Source of the DNA: Raja brachyura
Lineage: Eukaryota
NCBI GenBank assembly: GCA_963514005.1
Contig: OY740802.1
Location: 29,264,001-29,328,000 of the forward strand
Direction: 5' to 3'
DNA length: 64,000 bases
Shown: piece by piece, positions 48,601-60,199 of the stretch
How the letters are laid out: the number at the start of each line of letters is the position of its first letter
How positions within the stretch are numbered: position 1 is the first letter of the stretch
The notes under the pieces: generated by a model
Database searches by the model: none
Told to the model about the DNA's origin: nothing
The model's input: only the letters and a program-made list of their open reading frames with translations
Position numbers and translations under genes: made by a program

Positions 48601-49478
48601 CAATAAATCTTCTTTAATTCTGCTTTAATAGATACACCAAGCAACAACAAGATGAACTTGTACAAAATGTATTCCTTACTGGCGGAAACATTCTATATCC
48701 TGGGATGAAGACGCGGATGGAGAGGGAGCTTCTTGCCATGAGGCCATTTCAGTCGTCATTCCAGGTACTACGACAGCAAAGCTGTGTTAAGTTGGATATG
48801 TTGGACGGATGGCAATAATGACAAATGTGGAAATCAAAGTTGATCTACCCTCTGACCCACTGTTGACCAACATTTGGGGCAATGGATGCTTTTTAGTTTA
48901 GTTTAGAGATACAGCGCGGAAACAGGGCTTTCAACCCAACGAGTCCGCGCCGACCGGCGATCCCTGCACAATAGCACTATCCCACACACACTAGGGACAA
49001 TTCTGTAATTGTCAGAGCTCCCGGAGAAAAACCACGCAGGTCACAGGGAGAACGTACAAACTCCGTACAGACAGCACCAGCAGTCAGGATCAAACCCGGA
49101 TCTCTGGCGCTATAAGGCAGCAGTTTTACCACTGTGCCACCTTGCGGCCCAATCTCTGGAAACAAAATTCATGAAAGTGACATGATATCACCATGAATTA
49201 GTGGTCAGGTTTACCTTTCTAAGTAATTTCTCCTAAGTTGTATAGAATTGTATATATTGATTATGGGCCCTTGTATTTTTCAGGTGGTCCTTGCTTCTAA
49301 TCCTGTTCTAGATGCCTGGTTTGGTGCAAGAGACTGGGCTATTGAACACATTGATCAAACTGAGGGCTGGATCACACTGGCAGACTATGAAGAGAAGGGG
49401 GGAGAGTACTTGAGTGAACACGCTGCTTCTAATGTTTATGTACCGATGAACCTTACAAAACCAGTGCTATTGCACTGA
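15315..49478 (+). CDS. ACTR5: Actin-related protein 5 (INO80 complex subunit), spliced CDS of 9 exons, about 590 aa
   Basis: Exons 15315-15689, 16131-16354, 19617-19786, 25089-25306, 35041-35223, 38434-38559, 43828-43976, 48632-48764, 49284-49478 join in frame (1773 nt) with GT-AG introns; actin-fold motifs [42 protein letters not shown] plus the Arp5-type charged insertion ([21 protein letters not shown]). Confidence 0.96.
15700..15980 (+). other. G-rich low-complexity tract at the start of ACTR5 intron 1 (G-quadruplex potential)
   Basis: Dozens of GGG+ runs with very few C on the sense strand. Confidence 0.6.
16131..16354 (+). CDS. ACTR5: ACTR5 coding exon 2
   Basis: Acceptor ttacag|, [31 protein letters not shown]...LPVLNG, donor AG|gtttgt (phase 2). 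Confidence 0.95.
17060..18512 (-). mobile_element. CR1 LINE (HER1-like) 3' 1.4 kb with a short nested insertion at about 17211-17285
   Basis: [53 protein letters not shown]; CR1 3'UTR. Confidence 0.92.
19617..19786 (+). CDS. ACTR5: ACTR5 coding exon 3
   Basis: Acceptor atgcag|, [31 protein letters not shown]...DYME, donor G|gtaatg (phase 1). Confidence 0.95.
20700..21215 (+). mobile_element. Penelope-like element 3' fragment (GIY-YIG C-terminus)
   Basis: [32 protein letters not shown]; homologous to 35745-36165, 41418-42300 and 63860-64000. Confidence 0.8.
21480..21628 (+). mobile_element. Ancient SINE 3' remnant (SacSINE1/DeuSINE-like with L2-type tail)
   Basis: GAGCTTGCTGTGCATAAATTAGCTG ... 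GAAATGTGCTATATAAA resembles the remembered consensus; a related minus-strand remnant lies at about 57960-58040. Confidence 0.4.
23525..24352 (-). mobile_element. GC-rich non-autonomous retroposon with 3' hairpin, AATAAA and (ATTCA)n tail
   Basis: Shares CTCACTGTGGTGGATGTT and 3' TTCAGACC-GAAA-GGTCTGAA-TGACAATAAA with 34020-34745; interrupts a CR1 3' fragment. Confidence 0.7.
23802..24050 (+). repeat. Minisatellite, 7 units of 35-36 bp (CGCTGGAGCACCGCAGCTCCCGAAAACCAGGCCGC)
   Basis: Direct tandem units starting at about 23802, 23837, 23872, 23907, 23943, 23979, 24014. Confidence 0.92.
25089..25306 (+). CDS. ACTR5: ACTR5 coding exon 4
   Basis: Acceptor ttttgtag|, [22 protein letters not shown]...LERLLSIQ, donor CAG|gtacag. 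Confidence 0.95.
25557..25876. mobile_element. PIF/Harbinger-type MITE inserted in a SINE
   Basis: TIRs AGGGCCTGTCCCGCTGTA / TACAGTGGGACAGCCCC after TAA; same family as 47672-47992. Confidence 0.8.
26210..27055 (-). mobile_element. GC-rich non-autonomous retroposon related to 23525-24352
   Basis: Shared CCTTCCATCACAGTGAGGAG...CACTG..TGGATGTT block, 3' hairpin, (TATTG)n tail; internal ~75-bp direct repeats. Confidence 0.65.
29097..29410 (+). mobile_element. Full-length HE1/V-SINE-like element
   Basis: tRNA-like head, V-core, GGGCCGAAGGGCCTGTTTC tail, (CTAAA)n. Confidence 0.85.
30270..31765 (-). mobile_element. L2-clade LINE fragment with internal deletions
   Basis: [60 protein letters not shown]; L2-type 3' tail GTGCTATATAAATAAA. 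Confidence 0.9.
32240..32639. mobile_element. Two Tx1/L1-like ORF2 C-terminal remnants in opposite orientation
   Basis: Minus strand [34 protein letters not shown]; plus strand VLRDALKL at about 32573. Confidence 0.55.
32640..33218. mobile_element. PIF/Harbinger-type MITE
   Basis: Long TIRs AGGGACTGTCCCACCAGCATGCAACTCTA / TAGAGTTGTATGCTGGTGGGACAGGCCCT; TAA TSD on both sides. Confidence 0.85.
34020..34745 (+). mobile_element. GC-rich non-autonomous retroposon (family of 23525-24352)
   Basis: 3' TTCAGACC-GCAA-GGTCTGAA-TGACAATAAA and (TTCCATGA)n tail. Confidence 0.7.
35041..35223 (+). CDS. ACTR5: ACTR5 coding exon 5
   Basis: Acceptor cattttag|, [33 protein letters not shown]...VDVVDTKPD, donor |gtaagt; not present in the ORF track, read manually. 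Confidence 0.93.
35745..36165 (+). mobile_element. Penelope-like element 3' fragment
   Basis: Degenerate DLPVSKHF...LIFHLDS..Q.S.MN segment followed by the CTGAAGAA pLTR motif. Confidence 0.7.
38434..38559 (+). CDS. ACTR5: ACTR5 coding exon 6
   Basis: Acceptor tttgcag|, acidic [31 protein letters not shown]...VVQ, donor CAG|gtagga; phase 0/0 fits neighbours. Confidence 0.88.
39683..40132 (-). mobile_element. CR1 LINE 3' end
   Basis: [34 protein letters not shown]; (TTCTATGT)n tail. Similar 3' fragments near 6165, 20410, 37230, 46398, 53150, 57295, 58740, 61035. Confidence 0.9.
41418..42300 (-). mobile_element. Penelope-like element: GIY-YIG endonuclease plus pLTR
   Basis: Minus strand reads [35 protein letters not shown]...[21 protein letters not shown], followed by the CTGAAGAA...CCCGAAAC terminal repeat. 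Confidence 0.9.
43828..43976 (+). CDS. ACTR5: ACTR5 coding exon 7
   Basis: Acceptor ctctttatatag|, [49 protein letters not shown], donor AG|gtatgt; a second in-frame AG lies 12 nt downstream. Confidence 0.9.
45745..46070 (+). mobile_element. Rex1/Babar-like LINE 3' fragment
   Basis: [27 protein letters not shown]...[11 protein letters not shown]. Confidence 0.75.
47672..47992. mobile_element. PIF/Harbinger-type MITE
   Basis: TIRs GCCCTGTCCCACTGTACGAGTTCATTCAA / TTGAATGAACTCGTACAGTGGGACAGGGC; TAA flanks. Confidence 0.85.
48218..48605 (-). mobile_element. CR1 LINE 3' fragment abutting the ACTR5 exon 8 acceptor
   Basis: [18 protein letters not shown]...[24 protein letters not shown]. Confidence 0.8.
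48632..48764 (+). CDS. ACTR5: ACTR5 coding exon 8
   Basis: Acceptor ctttaatag|, [44 protein letters not shown], donor CAG|gtacta. Confidence 0.95.
49284..49478 (+). CDS. ACTR5: ACTR5 coding exon 9 (to stop codon)
   Basis: Acceptor tttttcag|, [19 protein letters not shown]...[21 protein letters not shown]...LLH-TGA. Confidence 0.95.
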   Translation: MVLASNPVLDAWFGARDWAIEHIDQTEGWITLADYEEKGGEYLSEHAASNVYVPMNLTKPVLLH

Positions 49479-50324
49479 CAAGTTAAAGGATTTGAAGACA
49501 TTCAGTTTTGACCTGGCTTTTGCATAAAATGAGAGACATATATTTTAAATTGAAGCCAACTTAAGTGTATTGCAAGTTAAATACACGGCTCTTGATGTTT
49601 TTTTTATATGAGAGACATTTATTTTCTGCTGTAAAGACTGGACTTGAACATAATTACAGAATTTAAAAATTGAGATTATATTGTTCTTCCGGTTATGCAT
49701 TACTTGTACATCAATATCTACTCAAAAACATGAGGTATTATCTATCATGACTGAGTGCTGCTCATAAGGCTCGCTGAGAAGGGATGTAGTTTGAAAGTGA
49801 TAAGAAAAATGAAGCATTTTCTTGTTTCTTTATATCCCTCCCTACAAGTGGAACTTGGCCTTGTAACTGTGGACAAAACATAGTTTGACCCTCAATCTAC
49901 ACTCTGGGGTGATCCACTTCTCTAATTGTGTGGACACCCGAGGCAAAAGCAAGTTGTTGTTTAATTTCTTGCAAAGCTTATGGTTTTGTTCAACAATAGT
50001 ATTGATTACTTTCCTCTTGCTTTTGTACAGAGGGTGTCGTGGTTCTGAAGGTCCACGATGCAGGTAGTACGGTTCCAATATATTTAAAACATAGGAAATA
50101 ATTGAGCTTCATTTGTCGACTTGTACTCGAAAGGTGTACTTTGTCTTTTTATTAGATTTCCCCCCTATTCTGAACATTTTCATTTATTCTGGTAAACTGT
50201 CACTAAAAGAGGTATAAATTATTAACAGGCAACGGCAGCATCATAGGTGCAAAAAATGTTTCCATTCAGCAATAATGGTGAACATTGCAAGCCCCAAATA
50301 TTTATAGCTCTGTTTATTTCATGC

Positions 50325-50330
50325 ATTAAA
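50325..50330 (+). terminator. Candidate ACTR5 polyadenylation signal (ATTAAA)
   Basis: ATTAAA at the end of an about 850-nt AT-rich, repeat-free stretch after the stop codon, with a GT-rich tract about 50 nt downstream. Confidence 0.4.
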
Positions 50331-51184
50331 AACAGATTGCACTCTTAAGATATTAGATGAAAAATAAGAAATATGTTGGAGCTGTCTTTGTTACCATTTG
50401 GACTGTCAAATGCTTGTTATTACCCAAGAGAAACCCATCATACGATTGAAAGAATCTGTAAACATCTTGCAGAGAGCATCGGAGCGATTAGGCAGACATC
50501 CAAGGCCCATCTTCTGTTGAGCTTGGAAGAACGAGAGATGATCACAAGGAAACATCCAACGTGAGGGGGCTTGAGGGGGAGATGCAGTTGGTGTTTTCCC
50601 TGGATGGGATACGTCTGTAGATGCCAGGGGTAACAGTCTGAAGATAAGGTAATGATAGAGATTCTGGATAGAGCTGAGAAGAGATATTTTCATCCACAAC
50701 TTGGTGAATCTTTGAAATGTACCACGAGCTTCTAAGCCAAGACCTTCTAAAACTGAGAAAACTACCAACTGAGCTGCAAGTTAAATTAATTTATCGGCAC
50801 GTTAAATTTGTTCCATTCATTGAAAATTAAGAAAGTGTAAAAATATGAAAGAAACAGGAACAAAAGAAACATATGGTAGAATAATTCGGGCCCCCCAGGG
50901 GGGAAAGGTTGAGAAGCTTGACTTTTATGTATGAATTATTGGCAATCTTGCAGGCTGAGTACATTTGAAATCCAAGCTCTTGTCATAACAAATACATCAA
51001 AAAGCACAGGGCTTTGGCGAGAGAGTAAAAGAAGAGAATAGAAGAGGCTCTTGGGAGTGAATACTGTCAATTAGTAAAGTATATACTTCTGACGCTGGCT
51101 GAACCTAGTTGGAGGTTCATCTGCAAAGTATTGCATCTGCACCGCACAATTATTTGTGTCACAGGGCATTCTTGCCTCCCAAGT

Positions 51185-51462
51185 AGGGCGGCACAGTGGC
51201 TCAGCGGTAGAGTTGGTGCTTACAGCGCCATAGACCCGGCTTCGATCCTGACTATAGGTGCTGTGACCGCATGGGTTTTCTCCAGGTGCTCTGCTTTCCT
51301 CCCACACTCCAAAGACGTGCAGGCTTGTAGGTTCATTGCCTTTGGTAAAAGTGTAAATTGTCCCTAATGTGTAGGATGGTGCTCGTGTACGGGGTGACCA
51401 TTGGTCAGCATGGACTCGGTGGGCCGAAGGGCCTGTTTCTGTGCTGTACCTCTACAGTCTAA
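51185..51462 (+). mobile_element. HE1/V-SINE-like element
   Basis: GGGCGGCACAGTGGCTCAGCGGTAGAG head, V-core, CR1-type tail. Confidence 0.85.
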
Positions 51463-53624
51463 GGTTTGTGTATTTGAGTCGCGTTCTAGAGGCACACCCA
51501 AAATGTAGAAACAAGCAGCTGCTGATGCTAGTTTACAAAAAAAAAGACACAAAATACTGGAGTAACCCAACTAGTCAGGCAGTATTGTTGTCGAACATGG
51601 ATAGGTGACTTTTCGGGTTGGGACTCTTATTCACACTCAATCTGAAGAAGGTTCCCAAACCGAATCTTCACCCATCCATGTTCCCCAGAGGTGCTGCCTG
51701 ACTCTATAGACTATAGAGATGCATTGCAGATCTGGCCCTGCGGCCCACCAGTGATCAGCACGTACTCTAACACTATCCTACACACTAGGACAATTTACAA
51801 TTTTACTGTAGACAATTAACCTCCAATCAAGTACGTCTATGGGGTGTGGGAGGAAACCAGAGCACCTGGAGAAAACCTACGTGGTCACAGGGAGAATGTA
51901 GAGTCCGCAATCGTAGTTGGGATTGAACCCAGGTCTCTAGCACTGTAATGCAGCAACTCTACCGCTGCGCCCCTGTGCTGCCCATACTGTGACCAGCTGA
52001 ATTACTCCAGTACTTTATGTCTTCCGAGCTTCTAGGTGGTGTATGATGAACTGGTGGTGGAGGGTGCGAATGGTTAGGGTGCCAAAAATGACTCTGAAAG
52101 GACTGTTCTGTGACTCTGAAGAATATGCCTGGAACGAAAATTCAGGAATTAGCAGAAAATCCCTTGCTGATTTGCTTTCTCCATTTCCCATTTGTTTTAG
52201 GCGGTAGCAGCGACATAATCATTCGGTGACACAAGATAACTGATACTTTCCAAAGCCGCTAATGTCTCCTCCAGTCAGAGGAAAACATTCCATGAAAGAG
52301 GTGGTGCTTTTGCAGATTATGTAAACTTGGGAAATAAAACCAAATCAATCCAAGTTATTCAGAAAGGAGTTTCCTTCAAATGGAAGAAACTGAGCGCAGG
52401 TTCCAGCTTCCCCTGTGAGTCATCTGGAGTAAGGTAACAACCAGCTGTATGTATAGACCCAGCTTGTTTCAGCTGCTGCAGTAATATAGCTGCATCTTTC
52501 GATCTTACTGATGCCTGAGTGTTGCCAAAAAAAAAGGTCAGCTTTTTTTACTCTTTTCTCCTGATAATTAACCCGTGCTGACAACTCTGGTGAATTATTT
52601 CCCTTCCTCTTCTCCACACAATAGAAAGATTTGTGCTGGTAGGAAAGTATTAGAGGTACAAGGAACTTCAGATGCTGGTTTACAAAATAAATGATGCAAA
52701 GTGCTGGAGTAACTCAGTGGGTCACGTAGCATCTCTGGAGAACATGGGTGTCGTTTCGGGAGAGAACCCTTCTCGGGCATTGTGCTGAACCTAAGATAAA
52801 CTAATCCCTTCTGCCTGCTCCTGATCCATGTCGCTCCATTTCCTGCCTATCCATGTGTCTCTCTTAAACGCCATCTGCTTCTGCCACCACCCACTGTGTA
52901 AAAATAATCTTGTCCCGTATATCTCCTTTAAACTATGACCCTCTCTCCATAAAGCTATGCCCTCTAACCTTTGACATTTCCACCAAAGGAAAAAGGTTCT
53001 GACTGTACTGTTTCTATACTACTCATAATTTTATAGATTTCTATCAGATCTCCCCTCAACCTCCAGCGCACTAGAGATGTCAATCCAGGTCTGTCCAATC
53101 TTTCCCTGTAGGTAATACTACCTAACTCAGCCATCAGTCTGCTAATTTACCGAATAGTGAAAGGCCTGGATAGAGTGGATGTGGAGAAGATGTTTACACT
53201 AGTGTGAGAGTCTAGGACCAGAGGTCACAGCCTCAGAATAAAAGGTAGGAGATAAGGAGGATTTTTTTTTTGTTTTAAATCAAAGGGTAGTGAATCTGTG
53301 GAATTCATTGCCACAGATGGCTGTGGATGCCGATGCAATGGATATTTTTAAGGCAGAGATTGGCAGATTAGTACGGGGGTTGTGTGAAGCAGGGCAGGAG
53401 AATGGGGTTGAGAGGGAAAGATGGAGCAACCATGATTGAATGGCAGAGCAGACTTGATGGGCAAAATGGCCTAATTCTGTTCCTAACCTAGAACTTGATG
53501 AAATTTCCACACCCTTTCCAAAGCCTACACATGCTTTTCGTAATAGGGTGACTGGAACTGCATGCAATACTCCAAATGTGGCCAAGCCAAAGTCTTATGA
53601 CCACATCATGACTTCCTGACTCTT

Positions 53625-54245
53625 CTTTCTGTTCGTCTTTCATTATTTTTGTTATTTTTTAGTTTGTTAGAAGTTTTGTTTTAATGTTCTTCGGTTTGAT
53701 TTATGTGGGGGGGAGGGGAAGGGGGATGGGGGAAACCTTTTTCAAGTTCCTACGTTGCTGGAGATGAGGTTATTTTTCGGATCACATTCTCCAGGCTCTG
53801 CGGCCTTCCATCGCTGGAGCTGGAAGCCTCCTCGGACTGTCGTGAGCCCCACTGCGGGGCGTGTACTTGACATCGGAGCTGATCCCTTGCCTGGGATCGT
53901 GACCACCGCGGACTTTATCATCAAGAGCTCGCAGTCTTCGGGTGAGGCCGAGTCGGGAGCTCCAACGTCGCGGAAGGTTCGACCAGCCCTGACGCGAGGT
54001 TCGTTCGTTCGCTGACACCCCCCCCCCCCCCCCCCCCCCCGATGCTGGAGCGGATCGCCTCGATGCGGAGGGCCCGAGCACCGCCAGCTACGGGAGTCAA
54101 GATCGTCCTGCTAACGGAGGCTCGAGGCCCATGACCGAGGAAGAGCTAGGGGAAGGACTTGAACTTTATTTCGCCTTCCGCCACAGTGAGGAGTGTGTGG
54201 GAGTCACTGTGGTGGATGTTCATGTTAAAATGAGGTTTTGATTGT
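53625..54245 (+). mobile_element. GC-rich non-autonomous retroposon (relative of 26210-27055), 3' end interrupted
   Basis: T-rich then G-run 5' part; shared GCCTTCC..CACAGTGAGGAG...TCACTGTGGTGGATGTT block. Confidence 0.55.
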
Positions 54246-57200
54246 TCTGTTTCCAAGATGGCTGCCGGAAGTGAGAGTGAACGCTGGCACGACTAGCTGT
54301 CGTTGCTCTCTTCTAATTGTGTATTGTTGCTGTCCCTACTAATTCTTGTTTTGTTTCGTTTTGTTTATATGTTTGTAATTTGCTTGTTTTAATCTGTAAT
54401 GTGCCCTTGAGAGTCCTGAAAGGCACCCATAAATAAAATGTATTATTATATTCAATGCCCCACCCGATGATGGCATGCACACCATATGCCTTATTCACTT
54501 GTGATATGCTGCCTTTGGCTCCCTACTCAAGATAACCAAAGGCACAAAGAAATAGTTTACCAGGAATAATTCCCTGCTCTTTGTATCATTGGGAAGGCAA
54601 TGTGTGGGTTGATGGAGTTTGTTTGATCCTGAAGATGTCATCAGCCATCCTGAAGTACTTCTAGGATTTGAAAATAATTGCCGTCATTGGCTGATGTGGC
54701 CAAGCAGCTTTCACCAGCTCCTGTGGTGAGGGAAGGCAAAGAGGAACAAGAGCATCAAGTAGGCAGATAGACAGGGAGAGAAGAGAGAAAAGCAGATTGG
54801 AAGGCATTTTTTTTAATTGATGCGGCGTGGAAGCAGGCCTTTCGGCCCACCCAGTACGCGCCGACCGACGATCCTCACACACTAACACTGCCCTACACAC
54901 ACAAACTTGTACGTCTTGGAGTGTGGGAGAAAACCCACGCCTGTCACAGGAAGAACGTAAAAACTCCTTACAGACAGTGCCCATAGTCAGGATTGAACCT
55001 GGGTCTCTGGCGCTGCAAGGCAGCAACTCTACCGCTGCGTCACATGCTGTCGAAACTCTGCCATCATTATCCCACTGAGAATGCAAACTAAATTTTCAAC
55101 TCAAAATAATTATTTTGTTATTTATTAGTAACCGGGTAACCGATGGTCAGTGTGGACTTGGTGGGCCGAAGGGCCTGTTCTCGCACTGTAATTCTAAACA
55201 AAACTCAAAACTAAATGTGCCTCGCAGTAATTTGTTCATGAGCCAATCGATCTATAATAGCTGGAAGTCGCACTGCTTCTGATTTAACACCAAACTAAAA
55301 ATAATGGAAGGTTTTGATGTTCTTCTGTCGTCTGTGCCTCAGGCTAGATATTAAAACATTTTGTCTGCTTCATATAACAAATTCCATTTATCTAGTTTCT
55401 TTAACATGGCTTAAACACCTCAAGGGATTTCACAGGAATGTTAGCAAACAAAATTTGAAGCTAAGCAACATGGTAAAGCTGGCGCCAGTGGTAGGTTTTT
55501 GCTAATCTTCTTAAAGTTATAAGGATAAGTGCAGAGAGGTTTAGGGAGGGAATATTAGATCTTTAGTGTTTGCGAATTATAGCAGCATAATGTCACCAAT
55601 AATCAGGAATGTAGAATTGGAGGGCCAGACATTCTTAATGGTTTTATGGGTAGATAATATTACAGAGGTGGGGATTCATAACACTATGGGACTCATGGAT
55701 GGACATAGATCGGAAAGATTTAGCAGGGTGGCACAGCGGTAGAGTAGCTGCCTTACAACGCCAGAGACCAGGTTCGATCCTGAGTTTGTACGTTTTTCCT
55801 GTGACCGCATTGGTTTTCTCCAGGTGCTTCAGTTTCCTCCCACACTCAAAAGATGTGCAGGGTTGTAAGTTAATTGGCTTTGGTAAAATTATAAAATTGT
55901 CCTTAGTGTGTGGGGTAGAACGAGTATATGGGTGATTGCTGGTCGGCATGGACTTGGTGGGCCGAAGGACCGGTTACCACATTGTATCTTGAACCAAACT
56001 AAACTAAATTAAACCTGTATCCACCTATCACTGGCTCTGTTCTGCCCACTCCTCTGTTCCAGCTTTGTCTCCCCTACGGCAATCAGACAGAAGAAGTGTC
56101 CCGACTCAAAATCCCACCTATCCATTTACTTCAGACATGCTGCCTGACCCGCTGAGTTACATCCAGCACTTAGTGTTTTTTACTTAAGATTATTAACATG
56201 GATCCAAGCAGCTTTAATTATAATTACCATTGGAAGGTTGGTAGGTTTGATCGACCTTAAGGTGAAATTAGTTTCTGAAACACAGTTGCTGTAACTGCGC
56301 AGAAATGTTAGTACCCACCCATTTAACTCACATGTGAAACAAATATAATTCTTGGCGGTTATCACTTTATCCCTCAAGAATATAACTTCTGGGCCTGATG
56401 GAGCAGAATTGTATCCACGTTCATGAATTTTTCACCAATTTTGGAGCGGATTATCAACTAATCCAGCAAAGGCATGCTTCTAATTCTAAAAACAACATTG
56501 TACGATTGAATTTATTTTCCTTTGAAAGTGCTGATTGATCGAGGCCAGGAGTCATTTACGCGTACAGGAATCAAATAGACAGACCTATGCTTTAAGAAAA
56601 TATGTTTGATTTAAAATTAATGGTTCATAAGGGATACAGTAGTGCAGTGGTTAAGTTACTGGATTAGTAATCAAGAAGACTGCTGTATATATCTGGAGAC
56701 AAGTGTGCGAATCCCCTTATATTATCTGCGAGCAGCTTCGTTTACCTCAGTTTAGAGAAACAGACCCTGCAGCACATCGAGTCAACGCCGACCGACCCAT
56801 ACACCTGCTATATCCTGTACACTAGGAGCAAATTCCAGAAACCTACAAACATGCATGTCTTTGGAGTGTGAGAGGAAACCAGAGCATCTGGAAAAAACCC
56901 ACTTGGTCGCAGAGAGAACGTACAAACTCCATACAGACAGCACCCATAGTCAGGATCCAACCCGGGTCTCTGGCGCTGTAAGGCAGCAACTCTACCGCTG
57001 CACCACTCTGCTGCCCTTAAATGTGGCTAAGCATTTCCCAGAAGCCTTTTATTGAAACTTGCTTTAAAAAAAACGAAAGCAACTATCAATAATGGTAATT
57101 ATGAAAGTATAGAATTATTGTCATTAATATTTTTCAAGGAAGAAAATCTGCTCTCCTGACCTGATCTGGCCGATATTCGACTCAGATTTGCTGCACTGTA

Positions 57201-60199
57201 ATTGTTTATTGTCTGCCAAAATAGTCCAATTTTGGAGGCAATTAAAATGGAACATAAAATGGTGGTGTTATCAGCCCATGTCCCATATCTGAATTAGACA
57301 TTGGAGCAGAATTAGACCATTTGGCCCATCAAATCTGCTATGTCATTTGACCATGAATGATCTATTTTTCCCTCTCAACTCCATTCTCCTGCCTTCTCCC
57401 TGTAATTTTTGGCGCCCTTACTGATCAAGAATCTCTCAATCTTTAAAAAAACCACAATTAAGTACTCCACCACCGTCTGTGGCAATTAATTCCACAGATT
57501 CACCACCCTCTGGCTAAAGAAATTCCCCCTCAACTCCATTGTAAAAGAACGCCCTTTTATTCTGGGGCTGTGCCCTCGGGTCCTAGACTGTCCCCCGAGT
57601 GGAAACATCCTCTCTAAATCCACTCTATCTAGGCCTTATTAATGTAGATTCTACATATGAAGTTGTCTGCTCATGAACCTAAACTGCGAATGAAGGGTTT
57701 ATGAATTTAAAGTGTATGAGGACTGTACAATGTGAGTTTTCAGTCCAGTGCCAATAAGGTATAGCTGTAGTTTTGGTGTTTGAAAATTCACTCCATGGTA
57801 ACAAAACATCCATCTGCTCTACATGGAAAGATATCAGAACAAATATTTATGATGTTTGTGGTGAGTTACATCATTCAATTTGAACAGGGTGGAAAACCAA
57901 ATAACTAGAGAACTGCATACACTTTATTTTCTCACCCAGCTCTGTGGCTCTTGCTATGAGACTTGCGTTTAACTAGCACCTTTCAGCACCTCAGGAAGTC
58001 TCAACAGTGCTTTCCACAGCTGATGAAGTACTGTGTTGTGGTCGAAACAAGGAACTGCAGATGCCGGTTTACACAAAAGGACACAAAGTGCAGGAGTAAC
58101 CCAGTGGATCAGGCAGCATCTCTGGAGAACATGGATAGGTGATGTTTTCGGACTGAAGACCAGTCCCGTCCCAAAATGTCACCTATCCATGTTCTCCAGA
58201 GATGCTGCCTGATCCACTACGGCACTTTGTGTATTTTCTTTTGTAAACCTGCATCTGCAAATCTTTGTTTATACAGACCATAGAGTCGTACAGCGTGTAA
58301 TGGTTTTCATTATGGTAGCCCTCTCAATATGTTATTCAGCTGTGTTGTGTTGGACTGGCCCGTTACATATATCATTCTCTCAGCGAGAAGTTCAGGCAGA
58401 TAAAATCCCGTGAGAAATATAGCCAGATGAGGCAAGAGCTGTCTGAATTATTAGTCCTGCCCCTACGATCCCATCAGAGATTTTCCTTTGAGCAAGTATT
58501 CATTATCTCGTCAAAGTACAATAAATGACAAGGAACTCATTTAATGAGAAATCACATGTGCTGACATGTACTCCGACTCTTTTATCCCTGAGATGATAAT
58601 CTATTATGCCGTGAAGATCCCACTTATTTCTGGGTTTTATTCCCGGCAGTAATATCTGCACTCAACCCCACTGTGTCACAGATGCCTTTCTGCAAGATCT
58701 ATCCACCTATACTCATATTTCTCTGTACTCACTTTGGAATGGAGATGAGGGGGGGATTTATTTATTCAGAGTGTGGTGAATCCGTGGAATTCATTGCCAC
58801 TAAAGGCTGTGAGGCCAAGTCAATGGACATTTTTAAGGTGGAGATGGATAGATTCTTGATTAGTGTGTGTGTGTCAAGGGTTATGGGGAGAACACAGGAG
58901 AATGGGGTTGAGAGGGAAAATATAGATCAGCCCTGATTGAACGGCAGAGTAGACCTGATGGGCCAAATGGCCTAATTCTGCTCCAAGAACTTATGAACCC
59001 CCTGCAATACCGTGTAGAATCATCTTTAACCTGTTTGCTCATACAGCCCTTGTAAATTGATTTAAGTGTACAGTAAATTCTGACAATCCACTGTCCATTT
59101 ATTTAGAAACCTCAATGTTTACACTTGTGCCTCAAACAATGAAGTTCATTGTGCTCTCTTTAAACTTACCTGGGACACAGGTGCTGTGCTCCCTCTCTGC
59201 ACACTAGGGCCCTAGTTGCTGCAATCCAATTTAACTCAGCAGGACTCCTTAGAGTCATAGGGTTAGACAGCGTGGAAACAGGCCCTCCGGCCCACTTGCC
59301 CACACCGACCAACATGACCCATCTACACTTATCCCACATGCCTGTGTTTGACCCATATCCGTCTAAACCTGTCCTATCTATGTACCTGTCTTAATGCTAC
59401 TTAAATGTTGCAACTCAACTACCTCCTCCAGCATCCTGTTTCATATACCCACCACCCTTTGTGTAAAAATGTTACTCCTCGGGATCCTATTAAATCTTTT
59501 CCCCCTCGCCTTAAACCTATGTCCTCCGGTTCTCGATTCTCCTACTCTGGGCAAAAAGACTGTGCATTTACCCAATTCCTCTCATGATTTTGTCCACTCC
59601 AGTTTACGGTACGAGCAACTCGGCGGGCCAGGCAGCATTTTTGAAGAACATGGATAAGTGGCGTTTCGGGTCGGGACCCTTCTTCAGTCTGAAAAAGGTT
59701 CCTGAGCTGAAACATCACCGAACCATGCTCTTCAGAGATGCTGCCTGACCTGCCGAGTTATTCTAGCACTTTGTGTCCTTTTGTGTAAACCAGCGTCTGC
59801 AGTTCCTTGTATCTACTTCTGTAGTTACAGCATCTTCTTTAAACTTATCTAGTTCACTGGAAAGTTGATTATATGGTGTAACATTTTTGAAAAGAATGAA
59901 TTAAAAGTATTAATAGAAATAACATCCAAAAATCTGTCAAGTCTAGCACTCCTGAAATCTTGGCAACCCTGTATTATTGGAATATTAATGTTGTTTGTGG
60001 AAGGGTCTGGGCTCAGGATGGAAATGGGATGCCTCGTTCCAAAGAATGGACATATGGAATGGATACAAAAGCACACAGGAATTGTCAAGTTGAGTTTAAG
60101 GTTGCATGCAGAAGTACGGCGATGTACAAGTATAATTAAAATCTTGCTTGCTGCAACATTGCTGACATGTATCCTCAATCAATGCACAAGCACATAATT

